DNA of 64,000 nt. It comes from Eledone cirrhosa. Its lineage: Eukaryota. Where the stretch lies: contig OZ024742.1 in NCBI GenBank assembly GCA_964016885.1, positions 3,782,001-3,846,000 of the forward strand, written 5' to 3'. The notes under the pieces were generated by a model. That model had not been told where the DNA came from and did not search any database. It worked only from the letters and a program-made list of their open reading frames with translations. The position numbers and the translations under genes were made by a program. Shown here one piece after another: positions 41,634 through 54,643 of this stretch. Position 1 is the stretch's first letter; every line of letters starts with the position of its first letter.

Positions 41634-44180
41634 ATGAATGCTATCTCTTCATCACGTAATGGAGAGATAGCATGCTTTCCAACAGACAAGTCTGGCAGTA
41701 TGTCGGTTGACAGCCTGCCAAACTACATCCAGGCAATGCAACCCCACAACACTAACACAAGAGAGGTAACACCACAGGAGCATGAGGATAGAGAAAAAGC
41801 CCTCAATGCCCATATGGTGATGTGGACGAATATAATGCAGCCCAACAAAAGGACTGCCAACAACTTCCAGGCCTGGAACAATGACGTGCCGGCGTTGTAT
41901 GGGCTTCCAAAAGACCATAAAACGGGCAGTGACCCTGTCGCGGGACCACCAACACGGCCAGTCTGTGGAGCTAACATTGCTAGTAACTACAGACTGTCCT
42001 ACTTCCTCTCCCTGATCATACGCCCCATCATTGAAATGTCCCCAGATGTATGTGACAGCACGGAGGACCTCCTCAGCAGAATCGGCGTGAGTAACCGATC
42101 TGGGGACCTAATAAACTGCAGAATAAGCAGTATGGATGTTGTGTCCCTGTATCCATCTATTGACGGGGATTTTGCTGTGGAGAAATGCGTAGAAATGATC
42201 AGTGAGAGCAAGGTTGAGTTCCGTGGGATTGATACCAGTGAGCTGGGACTCCTACTTAAGCTTACCTATAGTAATAGTTACCTCGACACATATGACCTTA
42301 GCAACCTGTGCCCTACAAGACCAGCAAGAGGCAGACCACCTATCATTACCTCAATGGCCAAGAAAACCCACACAGATAGATGGAACGGGTGGACCAGAGC
42401 CATACGGACACCCGAAAACTACGATGAACTGAAGAAAATGATTGCACATGCGGTAGGGGCCAGCATAAAACTAACCCTTAAGAAACATATGTTCAAATTT
42501 AATGGAAAAACATATGCCCAAGAGGAAGGAGCAGCCATTGGTGTTAGCATTGCAGGCGACATAGCTAACTAATTCATGGTATGGTGGGACAGTAGACTTA
42601 AACTTAAACTTAAAGAACAATTAGAAGACCCCTTAACCCTGATAATGTACTCCCGCTACGTAGATGATATAAACATCGTAGTTAAGACACCCCCACTAGA
42701 GAACAGTCAGGAACTAGAGAAAAACACAACGGAAAGCATCCAGCAAATAGCAAACTCCATCCACCAGAGCATTAGAGTTACTATAGACTACCCAAGTAAA
42801 CACCCCAACCATCGATTACCTGTACTAGACACAGAGCTCTGGTTAGATACCATTAACAACAAAAAACAAATCCTCCATTCCCATTATGCCAAACCCATGA
42901 CTTCCAAACATCTGATCCACCGAAACTCGGCCATTTCGGACCATACCAAAATCAACATACTGATTGCGGATTTGGTACGGGTGATGAGAAATGTGTCCCG
43001 CATGTGCAACCCCGAAGAACTAGAGAGACACATACAACACTTCATCCACCGTATGCAGTTCTCTGGCTACAATCAGAGAGATAAAATCAGAGTGTATAGA
43101 GGAGCCAGAACCAAATGGGAAAAAATGGTAAATAATGACATAAATGGGACCTGCCCCTTGTATAGGAGCAAATTTTGGAATAGAATAGAAAGAACTAAGA
43201 ATAAGGCCAATAGAATAAACTCATGGTATGATAGCAATAAATACCAGAGTGTAATGCTCATCGATACAACCCCTAGAGGTGAATTAGCTTACAAATTTAG
43301 AAGGGCCCTAAATAAACATAAACTCAATATTAAGATAGTAGAAAGACCAGGTACCTCCGTAAAAACACTTATTAGCAAGACATACCCTTTTCAAAGACCC
43401 TCATGTATAGATAAGAAATGTATAACCCTTAAAATAAGCCCCCATATTAACTGTAAAACTAGAAATGTAGTGTATAGCATAAGATGTACTGAAGGACAAT
43501 GTAGAGACAAAAATATAGTGTACATAGGTGAGACAGCTCGTAGTGTAGGGGAACGGATAAATGAACACTGGCGAGACCTTCAAGATAATAAAGAATCATC
43601 TGTACTCTACCAACATGCTAAGATAGAACACAAGGCTAAATTAGAGAACATAGAAATAAAAATAGAATCTACACACAGAAAAGACGCAATGTTTACACAA
43701 ATTACAGAGGCAATAAACATAAAAGAATTACAACCAAAATTAAATAGAAAATATGAGTGGAACAGCAACATCACAACTTACAATTAAGGAGAAAATGAAA
43801 ACACACACACACATAGAACAAACAACCAACCAGTAACATGTAAATAAACAAATAAATAAATGAACATAAACACACACAGACACCCGGATGTGGCGCATGC
43901 GCAGACTGAGCACACAACACACACACAGAAACAAAATGGCGTAGGACAGAACAAAGGAGAGGCACAGAAACAAAGAAAGGAATCCCCAGTCACTGAAGAG
44001 GTCACAGAGTGTGTGACGAAAGAACTATGACTATATATAAACAACTATCTGGTTGTGGAACCAACCAACCAACCAGAAATCTATAAATTTATAAATTTAT
44101 AAATATATAATAAATTGAAGTGAAACCACTGGTGCGTGTGTTTCTTATTGGCAACATGACCCTCCCAAAGTATAACAATA
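41634..44180 (+). mobile_element. Penelope-like element: RT plus Cys linker plus GIY-YIG (41634-43787, one in-frame TAA at 42570), 5'-truncated
   Basis: PTDKSG, LYGLPKDHK, TRPV, SMDVVSLYPSI, YAQEEGAAIG, YSRYVDD, LPVLD, HYAKP; NVVYSIRC..YIGETAR..ERINEH..EAINI..LNRKYEW. Confidence 0.95.
43988..44032 (+). ncRNA. Minimal hammerhead ribozyme (family K) in the PLE 3' pLTR
   Basis: AGTCA CTGAAGA gGTCAC..GTGAC GAAA GAAC TA TGACT. Confidence 0.8.
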
Positions 44181-44189
44181 TATATATAT

Positions 44190-44220
<31 letters not shown>

Positions 44221-44263
44221 AATATATATATATATCATATATATATATATGTGTGTATGTGTG

Positions 44264-44381
<118 letters not shown>

Positions 44382-44424
44382 CATATATATAAATATATAT
44401 CATATATATATATATATATATATA

Positions 44425-44797
44425 TAAAATAAAGTTAAATAAAAGTCAAATGATTAAAATTTAGCTTCGTTTATTACTGTTATATATATTTCAGTGACAG
44501 CCATCTTTGGCTGTGACCTCTTCAGGCAGTTTGAATTAGTATGGTATAGACAAGTACATATGTTGTTTAGGTGTATAATATTGTCAATACTCTGATATGC
44601 CTAGTTCCTTGTTTGGTTGTTAATTCATTGAGGAACTGGAGTCATATGACTCCAGTTTTCTGGATTCCTGATGATTTCTAAAGAATGAAACAGTTCTATT
44701 CCTGTAGAATCTCATCTATATTAAAACTTTTATACTCTGCAATGTATTGAGTACCTTACTTACTGTGGTTACCTCCGATTCAACCCGGAAAAACGTA
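44425..44797. mobile_element. Chimeric insertion: family B (-, HHR 44476-44530) fused to family L (+, HHR 44663-44711)
   Basis: Joined by the palindrome aactggagtcatatgactccagtt (44633-44656); TA tracts only on the outer flanks. Confidence 0.8.
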
Positions 44798-45271
44798 TAT
44801 ATATATATATATATATGTGTGTAATATATATATATATTATATATTATGCATACTGTTATATTTTCCCAAACATTGAAATGAGAACACACAAAGATAAATA
44901 AGAGAACATATATTTAAACAGTGACCTTTTGAAGGTGGACAAACGACGAAAATGTTACAAACATTGCATCTCTGTATAGAGTGAAGACGTTAGAATGTTC
45001 TGGAACGTGCATGTGTGTCATTCTCTGATTGGACAATAGTAGAATCGCGCATTGAGTGAGATCTGTTGTACTAGTTTCTACCAAACCACATTGAATGCCA
45101 AATATTCACACAAGTGCCTCCTTTCACTCCTCGTCGACTATTTTACATTCGTAGAAAAGCAATGACTTAGTCTTCCTTCATACTTTGAAGGTCATGAATT
45201 CAATTCTCACCTCTGGATTTTCATAACGCACACATGTATGTATGTATATATATATATATAATATAGAAAAA

Positions 45272-45322
45272 GGCTTCTACAGGACTAGAACTGTTTCATT
45301 CGGGAGAAATCATCAGGAAGCC
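45272..45322 (-). ncRNA. Hammerhead ribozyme, family L variant
   Basis: GGCTTC CTGATGA TTTCtcccGAAT GAAA CAG..CTG TA GAAGCC. Confidence 0.87.
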
Positions 45323-45417
45323 GACTGTCCAAGTAATATGGTGGCATTTATATCGTTTCTAGTGGTAGGAGAGGGTGCGTAACCCCCGATTGAACCCGGA
45401 ATATACATATATATATA

Positions 45418-46210
<793 letters not shown>

Positions 46211-46639
46211 TACATATGGATAGATAGATGGATAGATAGATATGAGACACACATATGAAGTTTATAAATATATAATTAGGAGCGAATTCTGCCACAGTTA
46301 AGCAATCTTTATAGAATAGAAACAGTTGGGAAACTTAAGATAAACAATCTATTATTCCTGGTATTAAAGAATTTTTATTTGGAATTATTTACATGGAAAC
46401 TTCATTGCATAATAACGAATGTTTTGTTTGAAGGAAGCTACGACTGTGTAACAGGATTAGGATATATTGAGGGTTATCTGAAATTAGTTCCTACACACAG
46501 ATGAATATCTCATCTATATTTGGAATACATTAGCAGATGATATTTTTGTCAAAGAAAATATATATATTTAATATCTATTTTCGGTAAAATTATATGGAGA
46601 TGTGAATATGTTTACGTCTTATAAATAGAAAATAGTTTT

Positions 46640-46717
<78 letters not shown>

Positions 46718-46720
<3 letters not shown>

Positions 46721-46945
46721 TGAGATTCTACAGGACTAGAACTGTTTCATTCTTTAGAAATCATCAGGAATCTGGCTTTCCAAAAATAAATGTTGTGGTA
46801 TTTATATATTTTCAAGTGGTAGGAGAGGGTGAAGCGTGGATTGGGTGGAGGTCATTGGTTGAAAGAAAAGAGAATTCATTAAAAGCTAATTCTTTAAGGC
46901 TATAATTTATATTTTAGAGTGACAAAGACCAAGAGAATTCTATAA
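46718..46945 (-). mobile_element. Family L element with HHR at 46723-46773
   Basis: AGATTC CTGATGA..GAAA CAG..CTG TA GAATCT. Diverged opposite-orientation copy at 50000-50268. Confidence 0.85.
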
Positions 46946-47052
46946 ACCAGTTCAAAATATTGGGTGCCTATCATATCATTATTGTCATATTTCTCTTAAA
47001 CTATATTCCAGGTGTCAACAGACACATTCACACACACACACATACACACAAA

Positions 47053-47092
<40 letters not shown>

Positions 47093-47093
<1 letters not shown>

Positions 47094-47241
47094 GGAACGA
47101 GTAGGACCCCGACGGCTGAGCTCAAGCCGTTTCGACGGCTAATTCGAGGTCCTACTCGTTCTTATTACCCACTCTACTACCCTAAGTATTGAGTACTTTG
47201 GTGCGTTCTGGTCCACCTAGTTCCTTACCACATTTCCTTCG

Positions 47242-47245
<4 letters not shown>
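47093..47245. mobile_element. Family H fragment with inverted 5' piece
   Basis: Matches 29618-29670, then 30649-30750; TA flanks. Confidence 0.8.
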
Positions 47246-47300
<55 letters not shown>

Positions 47301-47308
<8 letters not shown>

Positions 47309-49844
47309 GATAAGCAGAACAAGTAAAATTCAATCAATTTTTCAAAATACATTAAAAAATATAATATAAATATTTACCTCTTCTAGTGGCCCTTACTGAT
47401 CAGTTTCATATTAACTTATACCTTTTTCTCCGTCCGTTGAGAACAAATCTGTTGCTTTACTAGGCTGCTATTTCTTTAGTAGTAATTGTAGACAGCAAGT
47501 CTTTGATTTTCCCGCTTTTACTTCGGTCCAGTTTACATACGGGTCACTTTTACGACCTTTCAGACCTTTATTAGCTGGCAGGAGGTTGTATATTTTGTCG
47601 TTCCTGGGACGTTTAGCCCTACGATGGGAAAATGCTTCTCTGATGAGCTTTGGTTTTCCATCATGAATCCATCGGATTTATGAGGTTTTACAAAGCGAAA
47701 CTGATCAGTAAGGGCCACTAGAAGAGGTAAATATTTATATTATATTTTTTAATGTATTTTGAAAAATTGATTGAATTTTACTTGTTCTGCTTATCTTAAT
47801 ATTAAAGTTCTGGTGTATCAAATTAACACCATTGAACAACCCTGAATCATTGACAACCTATGTATTTCTAGGGGTACCTAGTATCCCTGGACATATTAAC
47901 TTATACCTTTTTCTCCGTCCGTTGAGAACAAATCTGTTGCTTTACTAGGCTGCTATTTCTTTAGTAGTAATTGTAGACAGCAAGTCTTTGATTTTCCCGC
48001 TTTTACTTCGGTCCAGTTTACATACGGGTCACTTTTACGACCTTTCAGACCTTTATTAGCTGGCAGGAGGTTGTATATTTTGTCGTTCCTGGGACGTTTA
48101 GCCCTAGGATGGGAAAATGCTTCTCTGATGAGCTTTGGTTTTCCATCATGAATCCATCGGATTTATGAGGTTTTACAAAGCGAAACTGATCAGTAAGGGC
48201 CACTAGAAGAGGTAAATATTTATATTATATTTTTTAATGTATTTTGAAAAATTGATTGAATTTTACTTGTTCTGCTTATCTTAATATTAAAGTTCTGGTA
48301 TATCAAATTAACACCATTGAACAACCCTGAATCATTGACAACCTATGTATTTCTAGGGGTACCTAGTATCCCTGGACATATTAACTTATACCTTTTTCTC
48401 CGTCCGTTGAGAACAAATCTGTTGCTTTACTAGGCTGCTATTTCTTTAGTAGTAATTGTAGACAGCAAGTCTTTGATTTTCCCGCTTTTACTTCGGTCCA
48501 GTTTACATACGGGTCACTTTTACGACCTTTCAGACCTTTATTAGCTGGCAGGAGGTTGTATATTTTGTCGTTCCTGGGACGTTTAGCCCTAGGATGGGAA
48601 AATGCTTCTCTGATGAGCTTTGGTTTTCCATCATGAATCCATCGGATTTATGAGGTTTTACAAAGCGAAACTGATCAGTAAGGGCCACTAGAAGAGGTAA
48701 ATATTTATATTATATTTTTTAATGTATTTTGAAAAATTGATTGAATTTTACTTGTTCTGCTTATCTTAATATTAAAGTTCTGGTGTATCAAATTAACACC
48801 ATTGAACAACCCTGAATCATTGACAACCTATGTATTTCTAGGGGTACCTAGTATCCCTGGACATATTAACTTATACCTTTTTCTCCGTCCGTTGAGAACA
48901 AATCTGTTGCTTTACTAGGCTGCTATTTCTTTAGTAGTAATTGTAGACAGCAAGTCTTTGATTTTCCCGCTTTTACTTCGGTCCAGTTTACATACGGGTC
49001 ACTTTTACGACCTTTCAGACCTTTATTAGCTGGCAGGAGGTTGTATATTTTGTCGTTCCTGGGACGTTTAGCCCTAGGATAGGAAAATGCTTCTCTGATG
49101 AGCTTTGGTTTTCCATCATGAATCCATCGGATTTATGAGGTTTTACAAAGCGAAACTGATCAGTAAGGGCCACTAGAAGAGGTAAATATTTATATTATAT
49201 TTTTTAATGTATTTTGAAAAATTGATTGAATTTTACTTGTTCTGCTTATCTTAATATTAAAGTTCTGGTGTATCAAATTAACACCATTGAACAACCCTGA
49301 ATCATTGACAACCTATGTATTTCTAGGGGTACCTAGTATCCCTGGACATATTAACTTATACCTTTTTCTCCGTCCGTTGAGAACAAATCTGTTGCTTTAC
49401 TAGGCTGCTATTTCTTTAGTAGTAATTGTAGACAGCAAGTCTTTGATTTTCCCGCTTTTACTTCGGTCCAGTTTACATACGGGTCACTTTTACGACCTTT
49501 CAGACCTTTATTAGCTGGCAGGAGGTTGTATATTTTGTCGTTCCTGGGACGTTTAGCCCTAGGATGGGAAAATGCTTCTCTGATGAGCTTTGGTTTTCCA
49601 TCATGAATCCATCGGATTTATGAGGTTTTACAAAGCGAAACTGATCAGTAAGGGCCACTAGAAGAGGTAAATATTTATATTATATTTTTTAATGTATTTT
49701 GAAAAATTGATTGAATTTTACTTGTTCTGCTTATCTTAATATTAAAGTTCTGGTGTATCAAATTAACACCATTGAACAACCCTGAATCATTGACAACCTA
49801 TGTATTTCTAGGGGTACCTAGTATCCCTGGACATATTAACTTAT
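47301..49844 (+). mobile_element. Retrozyme-like array: five tandem 485-bp HHR-bearing units plus a ~106-bp inverted 5' segment, in (TA)n
   Basis: catattaacttat at 47407, 47892, 48377, 48862, 49347 and 49832. One HHR per unit; no ORF. Confidence 0.93.
47634..47715 (+). ncRNA. Hammerhead ribozyme, family N (also at 48119, 48604, 49089 and 49574)
   Basis: gcTTCT CTGATGA GCTTTG..TCATGAATCC-atc-GGATTTATGA..CAAAGC GAAA CTGATCAG TA AGGG: intact core, palindromic stem III, wobble-rich stem I. Confidence 0.88.
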
Positions 49845-49861
49845 ATATATATATATGTATA

Positions 49862-50268
49862 TTTAGGTTTGTTGGTTCACCACTGGATAGAATAGGTCAT
49901 TCCGTATGGTCAATCGCGATGTAATATTATGGAGAGTACTCAACGTAGTGCAGTTCACTCGTCTTCGTTTGTGTAGTTGGTGGTGCTAATACGGTGTTAA
50001 TTATTATAGAATTCTTTCTGCCTTTGTCACTCTAAATATAAAGTATAGCCATAAAGAATTAGCTTTTAATTCCCTTTTCTTTCAACCAATGAACTCCACC
50101 CATCCCACTTGCCACCCTCTCCTACGACCGGAAAAGATATAAATACCACAGCATTTATTTTTGGAAAGCCAGATTCCTGATGATTTCTAAAGAATGAGAC
50201 AGTTCTAGTCCTGTAGAATCTCATCTATATTAAAACTTTTATACTCTGCTATGTATTGAGTACCTTAT
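49862..50268 (+). mobile_element. Family L element (HHR at 50171-50221, GAAA mutated to GAGA)
   Basis: Shares the HHR and downstream sequence with 44663-44757. Confidence 0.8.
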
Positions 50269-50274
50269 ATATAT

Positions 50275-50585
50275 TAGGTTTGGTGCTCTGAAATAGCGAT
50301 GTATACATGAATGTATGCATAGTATATTTGGCAATATATCATATGTTTAATTAAAAACATTTTGAAGACGTTACGCTTTCATTTTTAAAGTAGTGACTAT
50401 GTCACTTAGTTCTTTTCGGCGAAAGAAGGCTGAGAAAGTAATAGTCTGTTTCATGCTGTTGGCAATCATCAGAGCTACGTACTGCCCTCTTCCGCCGAAA
50501 ATTGTAGAAGCTGGATTCTTTTAGAATTCCAGTAATAATCAGGAGCTGATTATACAGAGCGATTGCCGGTCCAGCAAAAATTACA
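50275..50585 (-). mobile_element. Diverged family C element with CTGATGA core at 50429-50475
   Basis: Colinear with 19617-19935. Confidence 0.75.
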
Positions 50586-50751
50586 TATATATACAGAGAG
50601 AGAGAGAGGAGAGTGTGAGAGAGAGAGAGTCTGCGGTGCTGAGACCGAGGAGACCACTAATCATGGGAGTACTCGATGCATGGAGAGATGCAGAATGGGT
50701 ATAGAGATACGTAAAATCCCGACCGCGGCGTCAATGCTCTATCTCTCTCTC

Positions 50752-50840
<89 letters not shown>

Positions 50841-50852
50841 GTATATATATAT

Positions 50853-51050
50853 TATGTCAGGTCACTCTTGAGTGCTACTGGTAACATGTTAACCAGTACA
50901 ACCTGTCGCATGGTCGGGTCGTCGGCGACTAAACCGGCAACCCCACCAAGTTCACTTGGTGAGGAGGGTTATTTTGGACACCCTGCAGGACAAAAAACAA
51001 AACCAGACAAAGGGCGGAAGAACTTATAAGGATCAACGGCCATCCAAATA
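50853..51050 (+). mobile_element. Structured RTE-like 5'UTR fragment
   Basis: 3' part is homologous to 25175-25230; hairpins and a gg-gtcg-tcgg-cga-ctaaa motif. Confidence 0.45.
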
Positions 51051-51111
51051 TGTGTAAATATGTATGAACATGTACATATGTATGTGTATGTATATGCGTG
51101 TGTATATGCCT

Positions 51112-51828
51112 GGGGTTTCAGGGAGGGACATGTACCTCTGTAGGGAGGGCTAGCCATGCCCCTTTCAGGACAGCTCGTCCTGCATTAGGTCCCACCTGAC
51201 ACTCACCTCTTACCTGTGGCCCCAAGAAGCTGTAGCATGCGACAGTGACTACACCCCGGTAAACCGCCTTGGCTGGCGGACCGAACCAGGTTGAGGGTCG
51301 CCGGACGGGTCTGAAACCCTCAGATGAGTTAGATAGGGGATGCCTGCCCCTGCATGCGAAGACTGGACCCGGCAGAGTGAGTGGAGGAGGACAACATCGT
51401 CCCAATGGTCACAATGGTCAAACAGTGTGGAGCGCTAGAGCACGTCAAGGCACTACAGACGTCGTGGCCATCCACTGTAGCCAAGAAAGTCCCCGGTCGT
51501 GACGGTCATCCGTACCACTGGATTCTGGCTTCTGCGGCCGAGTGAGTGGGACCGTCACGGTGCACTGGCCCTCCCACTATAAATATTTCCCGCAGAGGTT
51601 TCTTCCTTAGCGTGCACTCCCAAAGCCCTACGGCATTGGGCGAGAGGTGGAGGTAACAGATGGAGGTAACCTCTGGGAGTTGCCAGTCTTACTCCGGTCT
51701 CTTCCCCTGCCCCCACTGTCCCCGGACTTGCAAGTCAAGGATCGGCCTCCACAGCCACCTTCGTGCCCACGGCAGACGGGAACTACAATAAAGAAGATGT
51801 CATCATCGTTAACGATGGACAACCAAGA
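51112..51828 (+). mobile_element. Short non-autonomous RTE-like element (GC-rich 5'UTR plus 3' hairpin) with candidate HDV-like ribozyme
   Basis: Ends gtcatcatcgttaacgatggacaaccaaga then (TA)n; no RT coding; nested-pseudoknot-compatible segments at 51112-51291. Confidence 0.55.
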
Positions 51829-51934
51829 TATATATATATACATATATATATAGGGAGGTGCCCCAGCTTGGCCTTAGTCGAATGGCTGAAACAGGTAAAA
51901 GAGTAAAAGAGTATATATATATATATATATATAA

Positions 51935-52325
51935 ATATAAGTATGTATACGTACATATATATAAGTATACAGACGTACAGTAGTATGTATATACATACAA
52001 ACATGCACACACATATATATATATATATATATGTACGTATGGGTTTACCGAAGATTTATTATAATGCTGGGTTTGTTTGTAAACAAACAGCCCGAATTAT
52101 TAGCCGTACAGTGTTTGGCAACCATCGTTGCACTTTTTTTTCAACAGTGAAAAAGGAACGATGAACTAGTTTCTAGCTTATTAGCTGTCATCAGCACCGT
52201 ATACCTTCCTGTCAGTCGATTGAACGTTTGAAGGTATATACTTTCCTTATGCATATTAACGGCTGAACAGCCTAATTTGTATATCGAGTGAGTTAGTCAG
52301 CCGGGCGTACCGAAAACGATACGTA
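51935..52325 (-). mobile_element. Family F element with HHR at 52159-52199
   Basis: CGGTG CTGATGA cAGCTaataAGCTa GAAA CTAG TT CATCG. Confidence 0.87.
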
Positions 52326-52370
52326 CATATATATATATATGTTCATGCATGTATGTATATACATACTACT

Positions 52371-52685
52371 GTTATACGGAACAGGAAGGACAACCGTACG
52401 AACGCGCATGCGCAGAAACGATCACTTCACTCAGGCAATACTAAAATGCGTGCGAGAGGTGTAAGGGTATTACCTGTGTGAAGTGATCGTTTCTGCGCGT
52501 GCGCGTTCGTACGGTTGTCCTTCCTGTTCCGTATAACCATGTCCATTACGAGCTGAGGATCCGCTAAGGTGAAACAATTGCTCTCGGTTTGGTGAACTAA
52601 CTCTTGTGTAACCACTTCTACCTAATTCGTCCCATGGACTGAGTGCTCTACCACTACGGATATTACCTTCCTGTGTTCTACCACA

Positions 52686-52686
<1 letters not shown>
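52371..52686 (+). mobile_element. Family J element with 5' inverted repeat (52371-52441 vs 52467-52537) and HHR at 52549-52586 (U16.1 mutated)
   Basis: Colinear with 40906-41050. Confidence 0.82.
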
Positions 52687-52730
<44 letters not shown>

Positions 52731-52732
<2 letters not shown>

Positions 52733-54023
52733 ACAATATATTTAGAAACACACAGATACATGCGGACACACACATATATACATGAATGCATCCGCACCCA
52801 ACTGTGAGTTAAGGGTGCCAACTTCACCGATGTTGCTCAATGAATAACCGGGACAGACCAATTCAGTTGAACTAGACTGAACCAGTATCAGAGTTAAAAT
52901 ACATTATGAAGAGAGAAGAAACATTTAGATATAATTAGTAATAAAATGTATCATACCTAAACTGCTCCTAAATTCCTCGACTACGTAGTTTCGTGGCATA
53001 AACAAAAACAATATATCATAAAGATATAGAGTCCCTGCGAGGTCTGCCGACTTATCAAGAGGATACCTCATTTTACTAGTCTCAAGAACGCGTCTACACG
53101 ACGTGAGAAAGAATCCCAAAAGGCGGAGGGGGAGATAGTCACGCGATATAACGGTCGAGAAACAGAGCTAAGCCTCTTATAACCACGAAGAAAATACCAC
53201 AGAGGCGGAGGGGGTATTCATATCGAGGCCGCAGAAGAGGTGGTGAAGAAGGCTAGAAGTATGAGTAATGGAAGCTTTCCAGTTGTCCCCACACCTCAAA
53301 GATTGCTCGACCAGTGGGAGTTATTAACAATATATTTAGAAACACACAGATACATGCGGACACACACATATATACATGAATGCATCCGCACCCAACTGTG
53401 AGTTAAGGGTGCCAACTTCACCGATGTTGCTCAATGAATAACCGGGACAGACCAATTCAGTTGAACTAGACTGAACCAGTATCAGAGTTAAAATACATTA
53501 TGAAGAGAGAAGAAACATTTAGATATAATTAGTAATAAAATGTATCATACCTAAACTGCTCCTAAATTCCTCGACTACGTAGTTTCGTGGCATAAACAAA
53601 AACAATATATCATAAAGATATAGAGTCCCTGCGAGGTCTGCCGACTTATCAAGAGGATACCTCATTTTACTAGTCTCAAGAACGCGTCTACACGACGTGA
53701 GAAAGAATCCCAAAAGGCGGAGGGGGAGATAGTCACGCGATATAACGGTCGAGAAACAGAGCTAAGCCTCTTATAACCACGAAGAAAATACCACAGAGGC
53801 GGAGGGGGTATTCATATCGAGGCCGCAGAAGAGGTGGTGAAGAAGGCTAGAAGTATGAGTAATGGAAGCTTTCCAGTTGTCCCCACACCTCAGGGACTCT
53901 ATATCTTTATGATATATTGTTTTTGTTTATGCCACGAAACTACGTAGTCGAGGAATTTAGGAGCAGTTTAGGTATGATACATTTTATTACTAATTATATC
54001 TAAATGTTTCTTCTCTCTTCATA

Positions 54024-54030
<7 letters not shown>
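52731..54030 (-). mobile_element. HHR element family O: ~1.95 copies of a 594-bp unit plus an inverted 140-bp segment, in (TA)n
   Basis: Units start at 52731 and 53325. HHR TCCTC TTGATAA GTcGGCA..TGCCAC GAAA CTACGTAG TC GAGGA at 52974-53063 and 53568-53657. Confidence 0.9.
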
Positions 54031-54059
<29 letters not shown>

Positions 54060-54217
54060 TTAAGGATACTATTTATGGTTATGTATATAATAAAACCTTT
54101 TATGGTTATATATTTTTTATATAAACCCCAAATAGTGAAAGATAGTCATTCATTACTATCTTATTAACAGTAAGATAAATAGCTCAATGTTATAACATCA
54201 GTTGTTTTACAGAGCAG

Positions 54218-54256
<39 letters not shown>

Positions 54257-54337
54257 CTTTAAACCTTTTTCAATTCTAGTTTAACTGATCCAGTTGTCTA
54301 TTATTCTGAGATAGATAGATGGTAGATAGATAGATGG

Positions 54338-54422
<85 letters not shown>

Positions 54423-54433
54423 TGATAGATATA

Positions 54434-54523
54434 TTTCTTTATTTGCCAGAAAGGCGCACAAGCAAAGGGGACCATACAAAGACATATGGCGTGGATTTTA
54501 CATACTATCGTGTAAAAATATTT
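54434..54523 (-). mobile_element. Short 3'-end fragment of a Tx1-like LINE in (GATA)n
   Basis: Ends ..ggcaaataaagaaata then (TATC)n on the minus strand; similar to the ends at 54644 and 60471. Confidence 0.7.
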
Positions 54524-54591
54524 TAGATAGATAAATAGATATATAGATAGATAGATATGTTTCTTTATAATTTATATATATATATATATAT

Positions 54592-54642
<51 letters not shown>

Positions 54643-54643
54643 T

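Noticed and set aside
42570-42572. Programmed readthrough or selenocysteine in the PLE ORF
   Set aside because: The stop is TAA, not TGA, at a position where a hydrophobic residue is expected; a simple mutation.
46718-50268. Family L copies as TIRs of a composite element enclosing the 485-bp array
   Set aside because: The arms are clearly diverged from each other while the array is nearly homogeneous, and TA tracts separate the parts; independent insertions.
52925-53713. Duplicated 64-aa ORF
   Set aside because: It overlaps the ribozyme, has a non-ATG start, and is duplicated only because of the tandem.
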